IMG/VR virus record: IMGVR_UViG_3300039183_000005
Span: 96,001-160,000 of that record
DNA length: 64,000 nt
Source of the DNA: a virus
Direction: 5' to 3' (one strand)
Below, in pieces: positions 1-9,911 of this stretch. Below the pieces are notes generated by a model, which was not told where the DNA came from, ran no database searches, and saw only the letters and a list, made by a program, of their open reading frames with translations. The translations under genes were made by a program, and so were the position numbers. Positions within the stretch are counted from its first letter, which is position 1. Each line of letters opens with the position of its first letter.

Positions 1-905
1 GATAAAGTAATAGTGTCAGATAATACTTTACCATTTACTTTTCTATAACAATACATATTTTGTGTACTGTTTTCTATCTGTGGAATATATCCATTTAAAG
101 ATAATTTAGCTCGCTGTACTCTTTGTGCTATAAATTTTTTATCAGTAGAAAATTTAATAACACGATTATTACAAAACCAAATATGTTCTTGTGTTTTTGG
201 TAAGATATTTGGATCATCTTCTTTGCTAAATATTTTATTAGCACAATTCAACGCTTCAACAGTACCGGTGTCATACCACGTAAATTTTATTCCATGTACG
301 GGTTGATTTTTTATCATTAACGCTAATGCAAATGATTCTCCCTGATTGATTGTTCCTTCTTCTAGTGCTTGGTCCATAGCAATCCAAAATGTTCTATAAT
401 CATTGATACCACAAACGCCAACATATGCTTTTGCTTCTGTGTGGTCCCCCTTTTCCCCTATGTTTTTAATTATGGTATTATCCCAAGAATCAACAACGAC
501 TGAACGATAATCATTGCCAGCTCGAATATCTGCATAGCCTATCCAATCACAATCGGGCGGTGGAACATCTTCTGTCACAATAGCATCGTTGGTAAAAAAG
601 ATAAATGGACATTGCAATATATCTTTATAATTACATAAATCCGCCGTAAGACCCTTTCTCTTAGCCCAAACAAAAGTAAAATTGCGATCAGGATAAGCTA
701 ATGTGAGAAATTCTTTTACCAATTCCCCTTTGTGTCCTAAGTCGATAATGATTTCTATATCCTTAGGAAACTTTTCTATAATATATGAAATAATGGGGCG
801 ATTGGCAACTGGAACCAATGTTTTGTTCACATGGTCACAATGATTACCAAGCCTAGAGCCTACACCGGCAGTTGGTATTAATACTTTATATTTATTTGCG
901 TCCAT
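1..905 (-). CDS. Sugar-phosphate nucleotidyltransferase (NTP_transferase) with probable C-terminal kinase-like extension; runs off the window start
   Basis: Not in ORF track. Manual translation from ATG 905: MDANKYKVLIPTAGVGSRLGNHCDHVNKTLVPVANRPIISYII...WYDTGT; LIPxAGxGSRL, KxLVPV and WxDxGT motifs. Confidence 0.85.
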   Translation of the reverse strand, partial: MDANKYKVLIPTAGVGSRLGNHCDHVNKTLVPVANRPIISYIIEKFPKDIEIIIDLGHKGELVKEFLTLAYPDRNFTFVWAKRKGLTADLCNYKDILQCPFIFFTNDAIVTEDVPPPDCDWIGYADIRAGNDYRSVVVDSWDNTIIKNIGEKGDHTEAKAYVGVCGINDYRTFWIAMDQALEEGTINQGESFALALMIKNQPVHGIKFTWYDTGTVEALNCANKIFSKEDDPNILPKTQEHIWFCNNRVIKFSTDKKFIAQRVQRAKLSLNGYIPQIENSTQNMYCYRKVNGKVLSDTITL

Positions 906-1239
906 AATCATCTTTAACACGAACTACATCGTCCAATTCTGGAGTCGATGTCTCTAGATATATTACGTCAGTTATTCCTTCCATACGATGTGTTCTACCA
1001 GGAACAATAGTATGGCAATCTCCAGGATTTAAAACTATATCTTCCCAAGTTGAATCCGAACCTTCAAAATTTGTGGTGAATAATAATGTACCACTTATTA
1101 CCAAAATTGTTTCCCTTTTTTGTTCGTGATATTGTAAACTACAGCGATTTCCAGCTTTCATAAATAGTCGTTTTACAACGTACTTATCGTTAACTTCTAA
1201 AATTTCTTCATAACCCCATGGCTTTTCTATTCTTTTCAT
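892..1239 (-). CDS. Cupin protein (mannose-6-phosphate isomerase type II C-terminal-like)
   Basis: KPWGYEE, SLQYHEQKRET, HRM, ETSTPELDDVVRVKDDYGR motifs. Confidence 0.85.
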   Translation of the reverse strand: MKRIEKPWGYEEILEVNDKYVVKRLFMKAGNRCSLQYHEQKRETILVISGTLLFTTNFEGSDSTWEDIVLNPGDCHTIVPGRTHRMEGITDVIYLETSTPELDDVVRVKDDYGRK

Positions 1240-1243
1240 ATTA

Positions 1244-2284
1244 TTATCCTAACGCAAATAAATAATGTTCAATTACCTTGCTTATCTCATTAACTATATT
1301 TTCCTTGATATTAATTTTTTTAGCCAATTTTTCAACTAACTCCTGATATGTTGACCCATTAAAATGGTAATGACCAGCAATAAGTGTAAATAACATCCAC
1401 TGCGGATTAGTCGAAAACCAGTCTACATTAAATCCGCGAACAACAGCAATGCGTGATTGATCAACCCATTTGCGCCATCGATCACCATTCATGACTTCTG
1501 AAACAAATTTCCGTGTGTCAATACCATAAATCAGAGCTTGCGACAATACATAGTTTGTTTGTACAACACCGAGCTGTGGCGCTATATTAACTGCATCAAC
1601 AACTCCCTTTCTCCAATTTATATCTTCTGTACTTAGGTAATCTGCATTATGTTCCTTTAATTTCACATTAAGGGTTTTTAATTCATAATGTATTATGCCA
1701 GTATGATACACTTTGAAGTTGCTAGTATTATGAATTTCTCGCACTAGGCTTCCAGTTTGCACGACATAAAAGAGAGGGTTAGCCACTTGCTGACACGTTT
1801 TAACGTCTGAAACAATTTTGTCCACATCTGTTTCTGTCACGCCGATATTTTCATCTGTACCAATTTCAAACATTACATCTGATTTAATTCCAATAGCAAA
1901 TTTCATCAATTCTTGGGTATGCCGTAATTTTTCTTCGTGCGATACTTTCATGTGGCATAAGTCAATATGAATCAAATCGAATCCATTTTCTAGGTCGTTT
2001 CGTATAGTTTCTCTTGTCGCATCTAAATTGTATTCTGGTTCCAATCCAAAACCTGGACCACAATGATCGCGACAGATCATAATTTTTGCTTTTCGATATT
2101 TTCTGCGCATTTTGGCTACATATTCAACATATTCTTTTGTGGTAAAAACATATCCATTTTTTGCATTGACTTGATTGCGAGAACAAATTAGCATTAATGG
2201 TTGCTTAAATTTATGAGAATACCTAAAAACAGCTTCAACAACTTCTTTACTCATCGGTCCACAGGCTAACTTAGATATTGACAT
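1244..2284 (-). CDS. GatZ/KbaZ-like (tagatose-bisphosphate aldolase accessory / sugar-phosphate epimerase-like) TIM-barrel protein
   Basis: SRNQV..GY, RDHCGP, IHID, EIGTDE, KEHNADY, NIAPQ motifs resemble GatZ/KbaZ. Confidence 0.7.
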   Translation of the reverse strand: MSISKLACGPMSKEVVEAVFRYSHKFKQPLMLICSRNQVNAKNGYVFTTKEYVEYVAKMRRKYRKAKIMICRDHCGPGFGLEPEYNLDATRETIRNDLENGFDLIHIDLCHMKVSHEEKLRHTQELMKFAIGIKSDVMFEIGTDENIGVTETDVDKIVSDVKTCQQVANPLFYVVQTGSLVREIHNTSNFKVYHTGIIHYELKTLNVKLKEHNADYLSTEDINWRKGVVDAVNIAPQLGVVQTNYVLSQALIYGIDTRKFVSEVMNGDRWRKWVDQSRIAVVRGFNVDWFSTNPQWMLFTLIAGHYHFNGSTYQELVEKLAKKINIKENIVNEISKVIEHYLFALG

Positions 2285-2642
2285 CGGTCATACCCTCATT
2301 TCGTTTCAAGTTAACACATGCCGCTGTTTTCCCTTTACGATCAAGTTTTACGTCATTAATTACCACACGTTGTCCCCGTGGCAGATTCATTATTAAATTA
2401 TGATAATGCAAATCTACCTCATTCAATTGTTGCTCTGTAATCAATCTAAGACTTTCTGGCCGACCAGTTGTTAAGATAATAGTATATCCCTTTCTAATCC
2501 ACTCACAGAATTTGTCCTTTACTCCTGGTAGTACCACTGGTTTTTGGGTCGCTATGGCTAGTTTACCAGGATGGAAAAAAATACAACCATCGATATCGCA
2601 AAAAATTGTTTTGACATGAATTGCATGGTCAATTCGTGACAT
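2271..2642 (-). CDS. Small HAD-family phosphatase
   Basis: CDIDG motif I, TTGR motif II, IND near C-terminus. Confidence 0.75.
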   Translation of the reverse strand: MSRIDHAIHVKTIFCDIDGCIFFHPGKLAIATQKPVVLPGVKDKFCEWIRKGYTIILTTGRPESLRLITEQQLNEVDLHYHNLIMNLPRGQRVVINDVKLDRKGKTAACVNLKRNEGMTDVNI

Positions 2643-4974
2643 TTACAGGCTCCTCGTCAAAAATTTCATTTCCATTATCTTCGTTTATTAAATCCTGAGC
2701 TTTCCAAAGTTTATCCAATGCTGTAACTCCAAGAAGATCAAATTTAACAGCACCCATAGCTTCAGCGCTTGACATTTCTAAACCAACTACACGATCCTTA
2801 TTTTTAACATCATATACTAGTGGAACCAATTCTGCTATTGGTCTATCTGCAATTACAACTCCAGCGGCATGTTTTGATTGAGATTTTTTAGTTCCTTCAA
2901 TTCTCATCGCTTGGTCAAATAATGGTTTATACCATTCGTAGGCGTCCTGAACTTGTTCTACATGATGTATAGCCCACTGTAAAATACCGTAATTATCACC
3001 CTGTTCTTCTCTGGCTTGTCTCAATTCATCTGCTATCGTTGCTTCGTCTGGAATATGCTGTGTAATATCGTTGCATAAATCATGAGGTGTCATATTTACA
3101 TCATCTGGACTTTTCCCTTCTTTCACAGCTTTAACTTTCATAAGACGCTTTACTTCATCAGGATTAGCTCTGAATACCTCTTTGAGTGCTGCCTTTCCCT
3201 GTAGTCGTCCAAATGTAATCATTTGCGCCACATATTCTTCGCCCCATCGCTTTTTGAGATAGGAAATAACTTCACTGCGGAATATAACGCCTATATCTGT
3301 GTCTATGTCTGGGAGGCTAATGTGGCCATCATGGGTTTTAACCTTTTTATTTATATCAAGCTCATTACGTCCAGCTAATGTCAACCCAAGTCCACATGCT
3401 AAGTGAGAATTTGAAAGATTATCGGCAGGTTTTTCTTTGATCATATCGAATAGATACATCCACATACGTGGGTTCTTTTTATCAATCCATTCGACTTCTT
3501 CTCTCATGGTATCTGTAAATTCTACTTTTCCCCATTTTATTCGTCTAGCAAGATGCATGGCCACAGCTTTGCGCTCAGCATCAACATCTCTAGTATGCAA
3601 CATTTCGAAGTTATCAGACATCCACGACATAAAATCAATTGATCCTACATCGAAATGCGGCGGAATATTACGACTTACGTTATAGAATCGTTCAAAGTAA
3701 AGACCATATTCGATTGGATCAATTCCAGTAATCCCTGTCAAATAATTAACTAACGATCCAGCACCAGAGCCACGCCCCTTACCTCTTGGGCCGTTACGGC
3801 TATCAATAAACTTACAAACATCCCAAACAATAAGGAAGTAATCTGCCAGTCCAGCTTCTTGTATAACGATTAATTCTTTTTGTAATCGATCCCAATAGAT
3901 TTTTTTCTGTCTAGAATCTAGATTGGCAAGTTTTGACTTAGCCCCCTCTATACATAAGTACTTAAGGTAGGCGTTGGAATCAAGTCCTAGTTTAGTAGCT
4001 TCTTGATTTGTAAATACTGGTAGATACGGATTGTGTCCAAGCGACGAATATTCTATTCGATCAGCAATATTTAGCGTTGCTTGAAGTTCCGCTTCGGTAA
4101 ATTTTTTGCGCATTTCTTCATATGATGGAATGTAGTAGTTATCTGAAATGAAAAAATCCATTACGTCACCAGTCTGTTGTCTCCTTCTTTCTTGATCTTC
4201 CTTAGTTGTGTGGAGCTGTGCGCACAACAATAGTCGTTGATCTTCTGCATCTTCTCTTTTACAATAATGAGCATCAATTGTAGCTACTGTTGGAACTCCT
4301 GTTTCTTTGCTTAATTCCCTTAAGCACTCTACTACTACTGTTTGAATTCCCATCCCCTCATCTTGTAGTTCTAAATAATAGTTGTCTGCCCCGAAAATTG
4401 ATATATGTTTTTGGATAATCGCTTTGCCAACATCTTTCCAGTTTGGTTTAAGATATTTTCTTGCCTCGGAAACGTTGTTGTTATGACCAGCTATAATAGC
4501 GGCTTTAAAATCTACAAACAGAGATGTAGGCAACTCTCCTGCAATACACGCCGTCAGGAAAATAAAATTTCCACGCTTAGCAAACGGAGCAATGCCTTCT
4601 AAGTGTATACGTGGTTTGCGGTAAAAATAGTCCGGCCTGTTCATTTCCGAAACCAAAGCCATCAAATCTTTAATTCCATTATCATTTTTTGCTAGAATAA
4701 TAAGATGATATCTTTTGTTGTTTTCTGTTGTTTTGATATCGGCTTCCAGTGGACAAATATATGCTTCTATTCCAATAATTGGTTTAATTTTTTTCTTTTT
4801 TGCTGCGTCGTAAAATGCTTTCATACCGGCAATCGATCCATGATCTGTCAGCGCACATTCCGGCAGACCTAATTCTACGCATCGATTTACGATATCTTTT
4901 GGGGATGGTACTCCATCAAGAAGGCTATAGTACGAATGAAGGTGGAGTGGAATATATACAGTTTGACTCATCAT
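2629..4974 (-). CDS. dnaE: DNA polymerase III alpha subunit, N-terminal part (PHP + palm)
   Basis: HLHSYYSLLDG, ALTDHG, DAHY, GRGSGAGSLV, FERF, PDIDTD, HAAGVVI, KFDLLG; ends shortly after KFD. Confidence 0.93.
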   Translation of the reverse strand: MMSQTVYIPLHLHSYYSLLDGVPSPKDIVNRCVELGLPECALTDHGSIAGMKAFYDAAKKKKIKPIIGIEAYICPLEADIKTTENNKRYHLIILAKNDNGIKDLMALVSEMNRPDYFYRKPRIHLEGIAPFAKRGNFIFLTACIAGELPTSLFVDFKAAIIAGHNNNVSEARKYLKPNWKDVGKAIIQKHISIFGADNYYLELQDEGMGIQTVVVECLRELSKETGVPTVATIDAHYCKREDAEDQRLLLCAQLHTTKEDQERRRQQTGDVMDFFISDNYYIPSYEEMRKKFTEAELQATLNIADRIEYSSLGHNPYLPVFTNQEATKLGLDSNAYLKYLCIEGAKSKLANLDSRQKKIYWDRLQKELIVIQEAGLADYFLIVWDVCKFIDSRNGPRGKGRGSGAGSLVNYLTGITGIDPIEYGLYFERFYNVSRNIPPHFDVGSIDFMSWMSDNFEMLHTRDVDAERKAVAMHLARRIKWGKVEFTDTMREEVEWIDKKNPRMWMYLFDMIKEKPADNLSNSHLACGLGLTLAGRNELDINKKVKTHDGHISLPDIDTDIGVIFRSEVISYLKKRWGEEYVAQMITFGRLQGKAALKEVFRANPDEVKRLMKVKAVKEGKSPDDVNMTPHDLCNDITQHIPDEATIADELRQAREEQGDNYGILQWAIHHVEQVQDAYEWYKPLFDQAMRIEGTKKSQSKHAAGVVIADRPIAELVPLVYDVKNKDRVVGLEMSSAEAMGAVKFDLLGVTALDKLWKAQDLINEDNGNEIFDEEPVNVTN

Positions 4975-5680
4975 CTCTCCTTATGTGTTTGATGTTTTTT
5001 TATACGATCTATGGTGACAATATGTACGTTGAACAGTTTAGCAATTTCTTTTGAAGAAACTTGTTTTTTAATCAATAATCTAATTTCCGTCAAATCATCT
5101 GTTGTTAATTTAGAACTACCAATATTAATACGATTTTTAATTGATAATCCATGAGTTAAATGTTTCCACAATCTCCCATTTTCAATATTTGATATTGTTG
5201 ATTGACTTACATTGAATTGTTTTGCTATTTGATGTTGAGGCATACCATTCGCTACAAGTTTCAGAATCTCTATTACATGTTTTTCATGAAGTTTAGAATT
5301 ACCATTTTTTGGCCACGACTTATATCTGGATTATTAGAAAACCAATGGTTACCATCCTTTATCATATCTTGCATATTATTTTGATGAGTATCCCATCTTA
5401 AATTCTCTATTGAATTATTTTCAGAATTACCATCATTGTGACAAACTTCCATATTATTTACACGAGGCCCAACAAAAGCTAATAATATCAACTGATGAAC
5501 ATAAAATTTTGTTTTAATTTTATTTTTCCACAATGAAACCATTAATCTATATTTATTTCCATTTTTGTTTTTCCATGGTTTTAATATTTTATTGCGTAAT
5601 ATGCTTTTTATTCTACCAGAATTAGAAGCTTGATACAATCCTTCATACCCAGGAATATCTTTCCATTGTTCTTTATCCAT
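4971..5680 (-). pseudogene. NUMOD4-HNH homing endonuclease with C-terminal HTH, split by a 1-nt frameshift at T6 5305-5310
   Basis: ORF 5273..5680 (WKDIPGYEGLYQASNSGRIKS, HNDGNSENN..ENLRW) joins ORF 4971..5243 as RGQKNGNSKL if one A is added, matching intact paralog 16774..17277 (RGQRNGKSKL). Confidence 0.75.
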
Positions 5681-6632
5681 TAGCTATCTCCACGGATTTA
5701 CCAGTGATCACTTGGTCTCCACAGTCAAAACCAGCGTACCGATCCTCAACATACTCACTTCCCAATGTGTGTAAATCACTCCATATTCTATCGCATATAC
5801 CATTATTATTAAAGCCACACATCCGACAAGTCCATTTTCGATTACGTCTTACCAAAGTGTCTTTTTTTATTGTTGTAAAAAAACGATGGAGAGCAGCTAT
5901 AGTCATAGCTATATCTTCCTGGGACAAAGCAATTGTTATTGGGCCACCATCGTTAGTATAGTAGAAGGTAATAAGAATGTTTTTATATTTAGGGTATAGG
6001 AAATATGCTGCTAAATGATATAATCTTGATTGAACTTCTCTCATTAACAATACTTCGTCCATTGGTTTTTGAGTATAAAAATCCTTTCGGTTTCCTGTCT
6101 TCCAATCAACAATTTCAATAGTTTCTTCGTCAAGCTCATGAACAAGGTCGATAAAACCACGAACAGCAAATTGATGTGGCTTACCATCTTTATCTTGGCA
6201 TAGCCATTCTTCTCCTGGCAGTTCTATTGCGAACCAACGCTCTATATCAATAATACCGTTGAGGTTATATGGATTATAAAATGGATCATCTAATACAGTT
6301 TCTAACGCAATCCTACACTTTTTGAAATCAGCAGCTTCTTTATATTCACCAGTATTTTTATCAATTCGAGTAGTCACGCGACGAATAATAACTTCTGGCG
6401 ATTTGGCCGTCAGTTCATCCCATGCACGATTCAATAACCACATTGGATCAACATTTGTTTTACCACGTTTGCGAAGCCTAGCCATCCACTCTAGTGTTTG
6501 GTGAACAATTTTACCCTGCAAGGCCGCTTTTCCGGTACCTGATTCTATTCCCAATATATATTGAAGAAAATAGGAAAACGGACAATGGTTATATAATTTA
6601 ATTGCACTTGCACTACATTTAACCACTCTCAT
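5673..6632 (-). CDS. PD-(D/E)XK exonuclease (RecB/AddB/Cas4-like, 4-Cys)
   Basis: SASAI..CPF, GKIVH, RGFIDLV, IVDWKTG, QxxxY, CxxC...C. Confidence 0.85.
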   Translation of the reverse strand: MRVVKCSASAIKLYNHCPFSYFLQYILGIESGTGKAALQGKIVHQTLEWMARLRKRGKTNVDPMWLLNRAWDELTAKSPEVIIRRVTTRIDKNTGEYKEAADFKKCRIALETVLDDPFYNPYNLNGIIDIERWFAIELPGEEWLCQDKDGKPHQFAVRGFIDLVHELDEETIEIVDWKTGNRKDFYTQKPMDEVLLMREVQSRLYHLAAYFLYPKYKNILITFYYTNDGGPITIALSQEDIAMTIAALHRFFTTIKKDTLVRRNRKWTCRMCGFNNNGICDRIWSDLHTLGSEYVEDRYAGFDCGDQVITGKSVEIANG

Positions 6633-6636
6633 TATG

Positions 6637-7326
6637 TCAATCCCCGGAAGTTTGTTCTTGTCTCATTCTTTTCAGCTCATAATTTATATCTATATTAGAT
6701 AGTTTATTATGTGATGCTTGTTTCCATTCCTCAATTCTTGGAGTCACATCATCTAAATCTGTTCTTCCAATGATAGTAAAATGTAGAATACATGCCGCAT
6801 TAAAAAAGATTGCACTAAGATGGTCTTCGTCTGTCATATCGTTCATAACAGCAAATATATGTCTCATCAAACTAGCATGAAAAACGCTTAATGGCATTCC
6901 CTTGGACCAATTCCATGGGTCATATTTTTTGGCACCACCACCATAATGATTGGCAAGACGTAAATATGTCTTTGGTGAAATTAAATGTAAACCACCGTAT
7001 GAATTATCTGGTATTTTCAAAAAACGATCTGTTTCCTGGTTTCTGATAGCTTCTAGGACAATCCATATCAGTTCTAATAAAAGATCGTTATTGACTGTTT
7101 CTCCCCATGATAATCCTAAATTCCACATGATTAATTTCAAATCATTACTAATAGATTCTGGTAAATCTCTAATCATCTTTTTGCGCGGATAAAAATCAAT
7201 TACTTTACGAATCACTGTCATTGGTATCAGATCAAATCGTGGTTTATCGTGATCAACATCCCTTTTGGCTCCGGTATCAAAATCACGTCTTTCACCAGAG
7301 TCCTTAATATCAAATCGATTCGACAT
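6637..7326 (-). CDS. dATP/dGTP diphosphohydrolase (DUF5664-like) with internal insertion
   Basis: TGAKRD...KPRFDLIP, GAKKY..WNWSKG, SLMRH, EDHL..FN; start moved to ATG 7326. Confidence 0.75.
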   Translation of the reverse strand: MSNRFDIKDSGERRDFDTGAKRDVDHDKPRFDLIPMTVIRKVIDFYPRKKMIRDLPESISNDLKLIMWNLGLSWGETVNNDLLLELIWIVLEAIRNQETDRFLKIPDNSYGGLHLISPKTYLRLANHYGGGAKKYDPWNWSKGMPLSVFHASLMRHIFAVMNDMTDEDHLSAIFFNAACILHFTIIGRTDLDDVTPRIEEWKQASHNKLSNIDINYELKRMRQEQTSGD

Positions 7327-8482
7327 TTTCCATCTCCATCCTATAACTATCCGACAATATTTTTGACTTAGATGTTTGCTGCAAAATAGGACCAATTTTT
7401 TCTGCTATATCGTCTGGCAACATTTCCCCAATATCTTTTACATCATCTGGTGTAATACAAAATACTCTAAAATAATGCGTCAAATCTTGTTCTAATTTCA
7501 CCATAGCCCTTTTGCCAGCTTCATCATTATCAACCGTACAGATAATGGTTAAAGCTCCAGTATTTTGCAACATTAACCGTTGTTGTCGCGACATATTCAG
7601 ACCCAATAAAGCTACACTATTTCGTATACCAGCCATTTCGTAAGCCCACACATCTCCTGGACCTTCACACAAAATTGCTGTACCAGTTTTGCTAATGAAC
7701 GGCTTGGCATACCAAATATTATAAAGGCATGATTCGCCGTGAAAATCTTTGGAGTGTTTCCATTTCGTATATAATCCACTATATTGTGAGTCTGGACACG
7801 ACAATCGTTCTGGGTGATGATGCATTCCGCACTTGGGACATTTATCGTAAATACTTCTACCAGACCAACCCACTACATACCTTCCAGTAATATCTAATAT
7901 CGGGAAAAACGCTCGTTTATACATTGATTTATTTTTGGTGTTGCAAAATGATATATGATACTTAGCAATTATTTCAGGTGATACTCCACGGTTTGGATAA
8001 TATACTTGATCTGGTTTTAATTGAGAAACAACTGTTGCTAGCGGTATCCCTTTTTTTCGTGTTGCTATTTGTCGTTTTTTATGTTGCTTAATAATTTTGG
8101 CTATTTCCACATCTTGGGCAGTTGTAGCATTTTGGTTAAACTCACTTAATCCAAGCGTTTGAGCTACGAAATTAACGGCTTGCTGAAAACTCCATTGCTT
8201 TTCTGTCTTGCGACTCATGGCACCACGAACTAAACCGAATACACTATTTGACGGACCAGTAACAGGGTCGCGATGACATCCCCTAGTTTTACATTGCCAA
8301 TGATTGGATTTAATAGCCCAAAAAACAGCACGGCAATTATCGCCACCATGAACTGGACATGCCATTTGTAAATAGTCGTGTCGTTCCGTGTACTCTATTC
8401 CCATCGAGTCTAAAACTTCGGCTATTCGCTCACAAGCACGATCCTGAATAAAAGATACATCCGAAGACCTAAACCTTTTCAT
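7310..8482 (-). CDS. dnaG: DNA primase (CHC2 zinc finger + TOPRIM)
   Basis: CPVH...C...C, GWSGR, EGPGD, DND.AG, KDIGE. Confidence 0.85.
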   Translation of the reverse strand: MKRFRSSDVSFIQDRACERIAEVLDSMGIEYTERHDYLQMACPVHGGDNCRAVFWAIKSNHWQCKTRGCHRDPVTGPSNSVFGLVRGAMSRKTEKQWSFQQAVNFVAQTLGLSEFNQNATTAQDVEIAKIIKQHKKRQIATRKKGIPLATVVSQLKPDQVYYPNRGVSPEIIAKYHISFCNTKNKSMYKRAFFPILDITGRYVVGWSGRSIYDKCPKCGMHHHPERLSCPDSQYSGLYTKWKHSKDFHGESCLYNIWYAKPFISKTGTAILCEGPGDVWAYEMAGIRNSVALLGLNMSRQQRLMLQNTGALTIICTVDNDEAGKRAMVKLEQDLTHYFRVFCITPDDVKDIGEMLPDDIAEKIGPILQQTSKSKILSDSYRMEMENVESI

Positions 8483-9911
8483 TAACCTTATTCTCCAAGA
8501 TGGATTGTGCAATTACAGAAAATGATTTGCCTTCAGATAATTTTCCAATTTCAAGTTTGTCTATAATGTTGATATATTCTCCACTTTCCATACCAGCGCC
8601 AAATCGTGTATCTGTCACTACAAGTTTTTTGGTTCCATTCGATGGTGGGTCTTCATTTAATTCTGTTTGGCTTTTTTTCTTTAAAATTGTAAAATTAGAA
8701 CATAGCCATCCAATTCTATCTGATCCAGAAACTACCTCAGCACCTTCTTTTGCTACGCCATCACGATTCAATTGAACCGTAGCAAGAACTGGAAGTTTAA
8801 ATTTTGTAGCAAAATTATGTAAAGCTGTTATTAAAAAACCCAGCAATTGATATTCTTGTAAATTATTTTTAAACCCACTAGCATCCATTAGTTTCAAATA
8901 ATCATAGATAATCAAACATGGTTTTGCTGCGCCACTATTAGTAAATCCAACGGTTTTAGACAACCATCTTCTGGCTATGGACATGATAGAATGTGGAGCC
9001 AAACCCGCTACTGAGAAATGATCTATGGATAAACTTTCTATATGTTTTTGGCATCCCCATATGGCTTCTGATTCATGTTCGTTGTGTTTAAATTGACCAG
9101 TTTCTACATGATGTAAATCCACACCAGAAACCAAGGAAGACAATCTATGCAATTGTGTGTCACTGGTAAGCTCTGTATCCAAATATAATACGGGTATTCC
9201 ATTTTCTGCCATATTACGGGCCACATTAATGCAAAAAAACGACTTCCCAGCCTTTTGCCTCGCGCCAACCACATTAACTGTAGCTGGCCTAAAACCCCCA
9301 CCTATTGCAATATCCCATGCAGGAAATCCAGTTGGTAAACCAATAATATCTTTTGGTGTTTCAGATAGAGCCGTCATCACATTACCGAATTTTTTGCCAA
9401 GAGATATAATAGCTGCATCTTGATTCATTATTTGACCAGTGAATTCAAATACCGGTTCTTCTATTTGAGCGATAATATCATCTATATTTTCTACACCAGT
9501 TATTTTTTTTAAATTAGATTGAATTGTTGCCGCAGCTAAATATCCACGTCTGGCTAGAGAAAGTTTGTATACTGCTACAACTAATGATCGGATATTATCT
9601 TTATATGATCCGACTTCTTCAACTATAGCATCTAAGTATTCCGAATATTTACCATCATTGGCAAAATTATCATATCCCAAAATTTTTGCCGCAGCCCGAA
9701 TACTTGGAACATCAAAAGTTTTAGTATCTTCTTCATGAACCAAATAAGAAATAATGCTAAATAATTCCTGATTATATTTCCAATAAAAATCTTTAACACC
9801 TATTATGTCTTCGACTTCGAAGAAGCAGTCAGCACCATACGTAGTAATACCAGCGAGTATCGCTCGTTCCATGCCTGAATCTTGCAATATGGCGTTGGAT
9901 TTATTTCCCAT
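8469..9911 (-). CDS. dnaB: Replicative DNA helicase
   Basis: GLPTGF..D..GGF, GARQKAGKS Walker A, YDYL, QLNR, GSD. Confidence 0.92.
   Translation of the reverse strand: MGNKSNAILQDSGMERAILAGITTYGADCFFEVEDIIGVKDFYWKYNQELFSIISYLVHEEDTKTFDVPSIRAAAKILGYDNFANDGKYSEYLDAIVEEVGSYKDNIRSLVVAVYKLSLARRGYLAAATIQSNLKKITGVENIDDIIAQIEEPVFEFTGQIMNQDAAIISLGKKFGNVMTALSETPKDIIGLPTGFPAWDIAIGGGFRPATVNVVGARQKAGKSFFCINVARNMAENGIPVLYLDTELTSDTQLHRLSSLVSGVDLHHVETGQFKHNEHESEAIWGCQKHIESLSIDHFSVAGLAPHSIMSIARRWLSKTVGFTNSGAAKPCLIIYDYLKLMDASGFKNNLQEYQLLGFLITALHNFATKFKLPVLATVQLNRDGVAKEGAEVVSGSDRIGWLCSNFTILKKKSQTELNEDPPSNGTKKLVVTDTRFGAGMESGEYINIIDKLEIGKLSEGKSFSVIAQSILENKVNEKV

Noticed and set aside
3322-3670. Intein in DnaE
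   Set aside because: No His-Asn followed by Cys/Ser/Thr at the C-terminal junction and no LAGLIDADG motifs
6637-7326. 2-aminoadenine (Z) genome
   Set aside because: No purZ in the window; DUF5664 alone is not diagnostic
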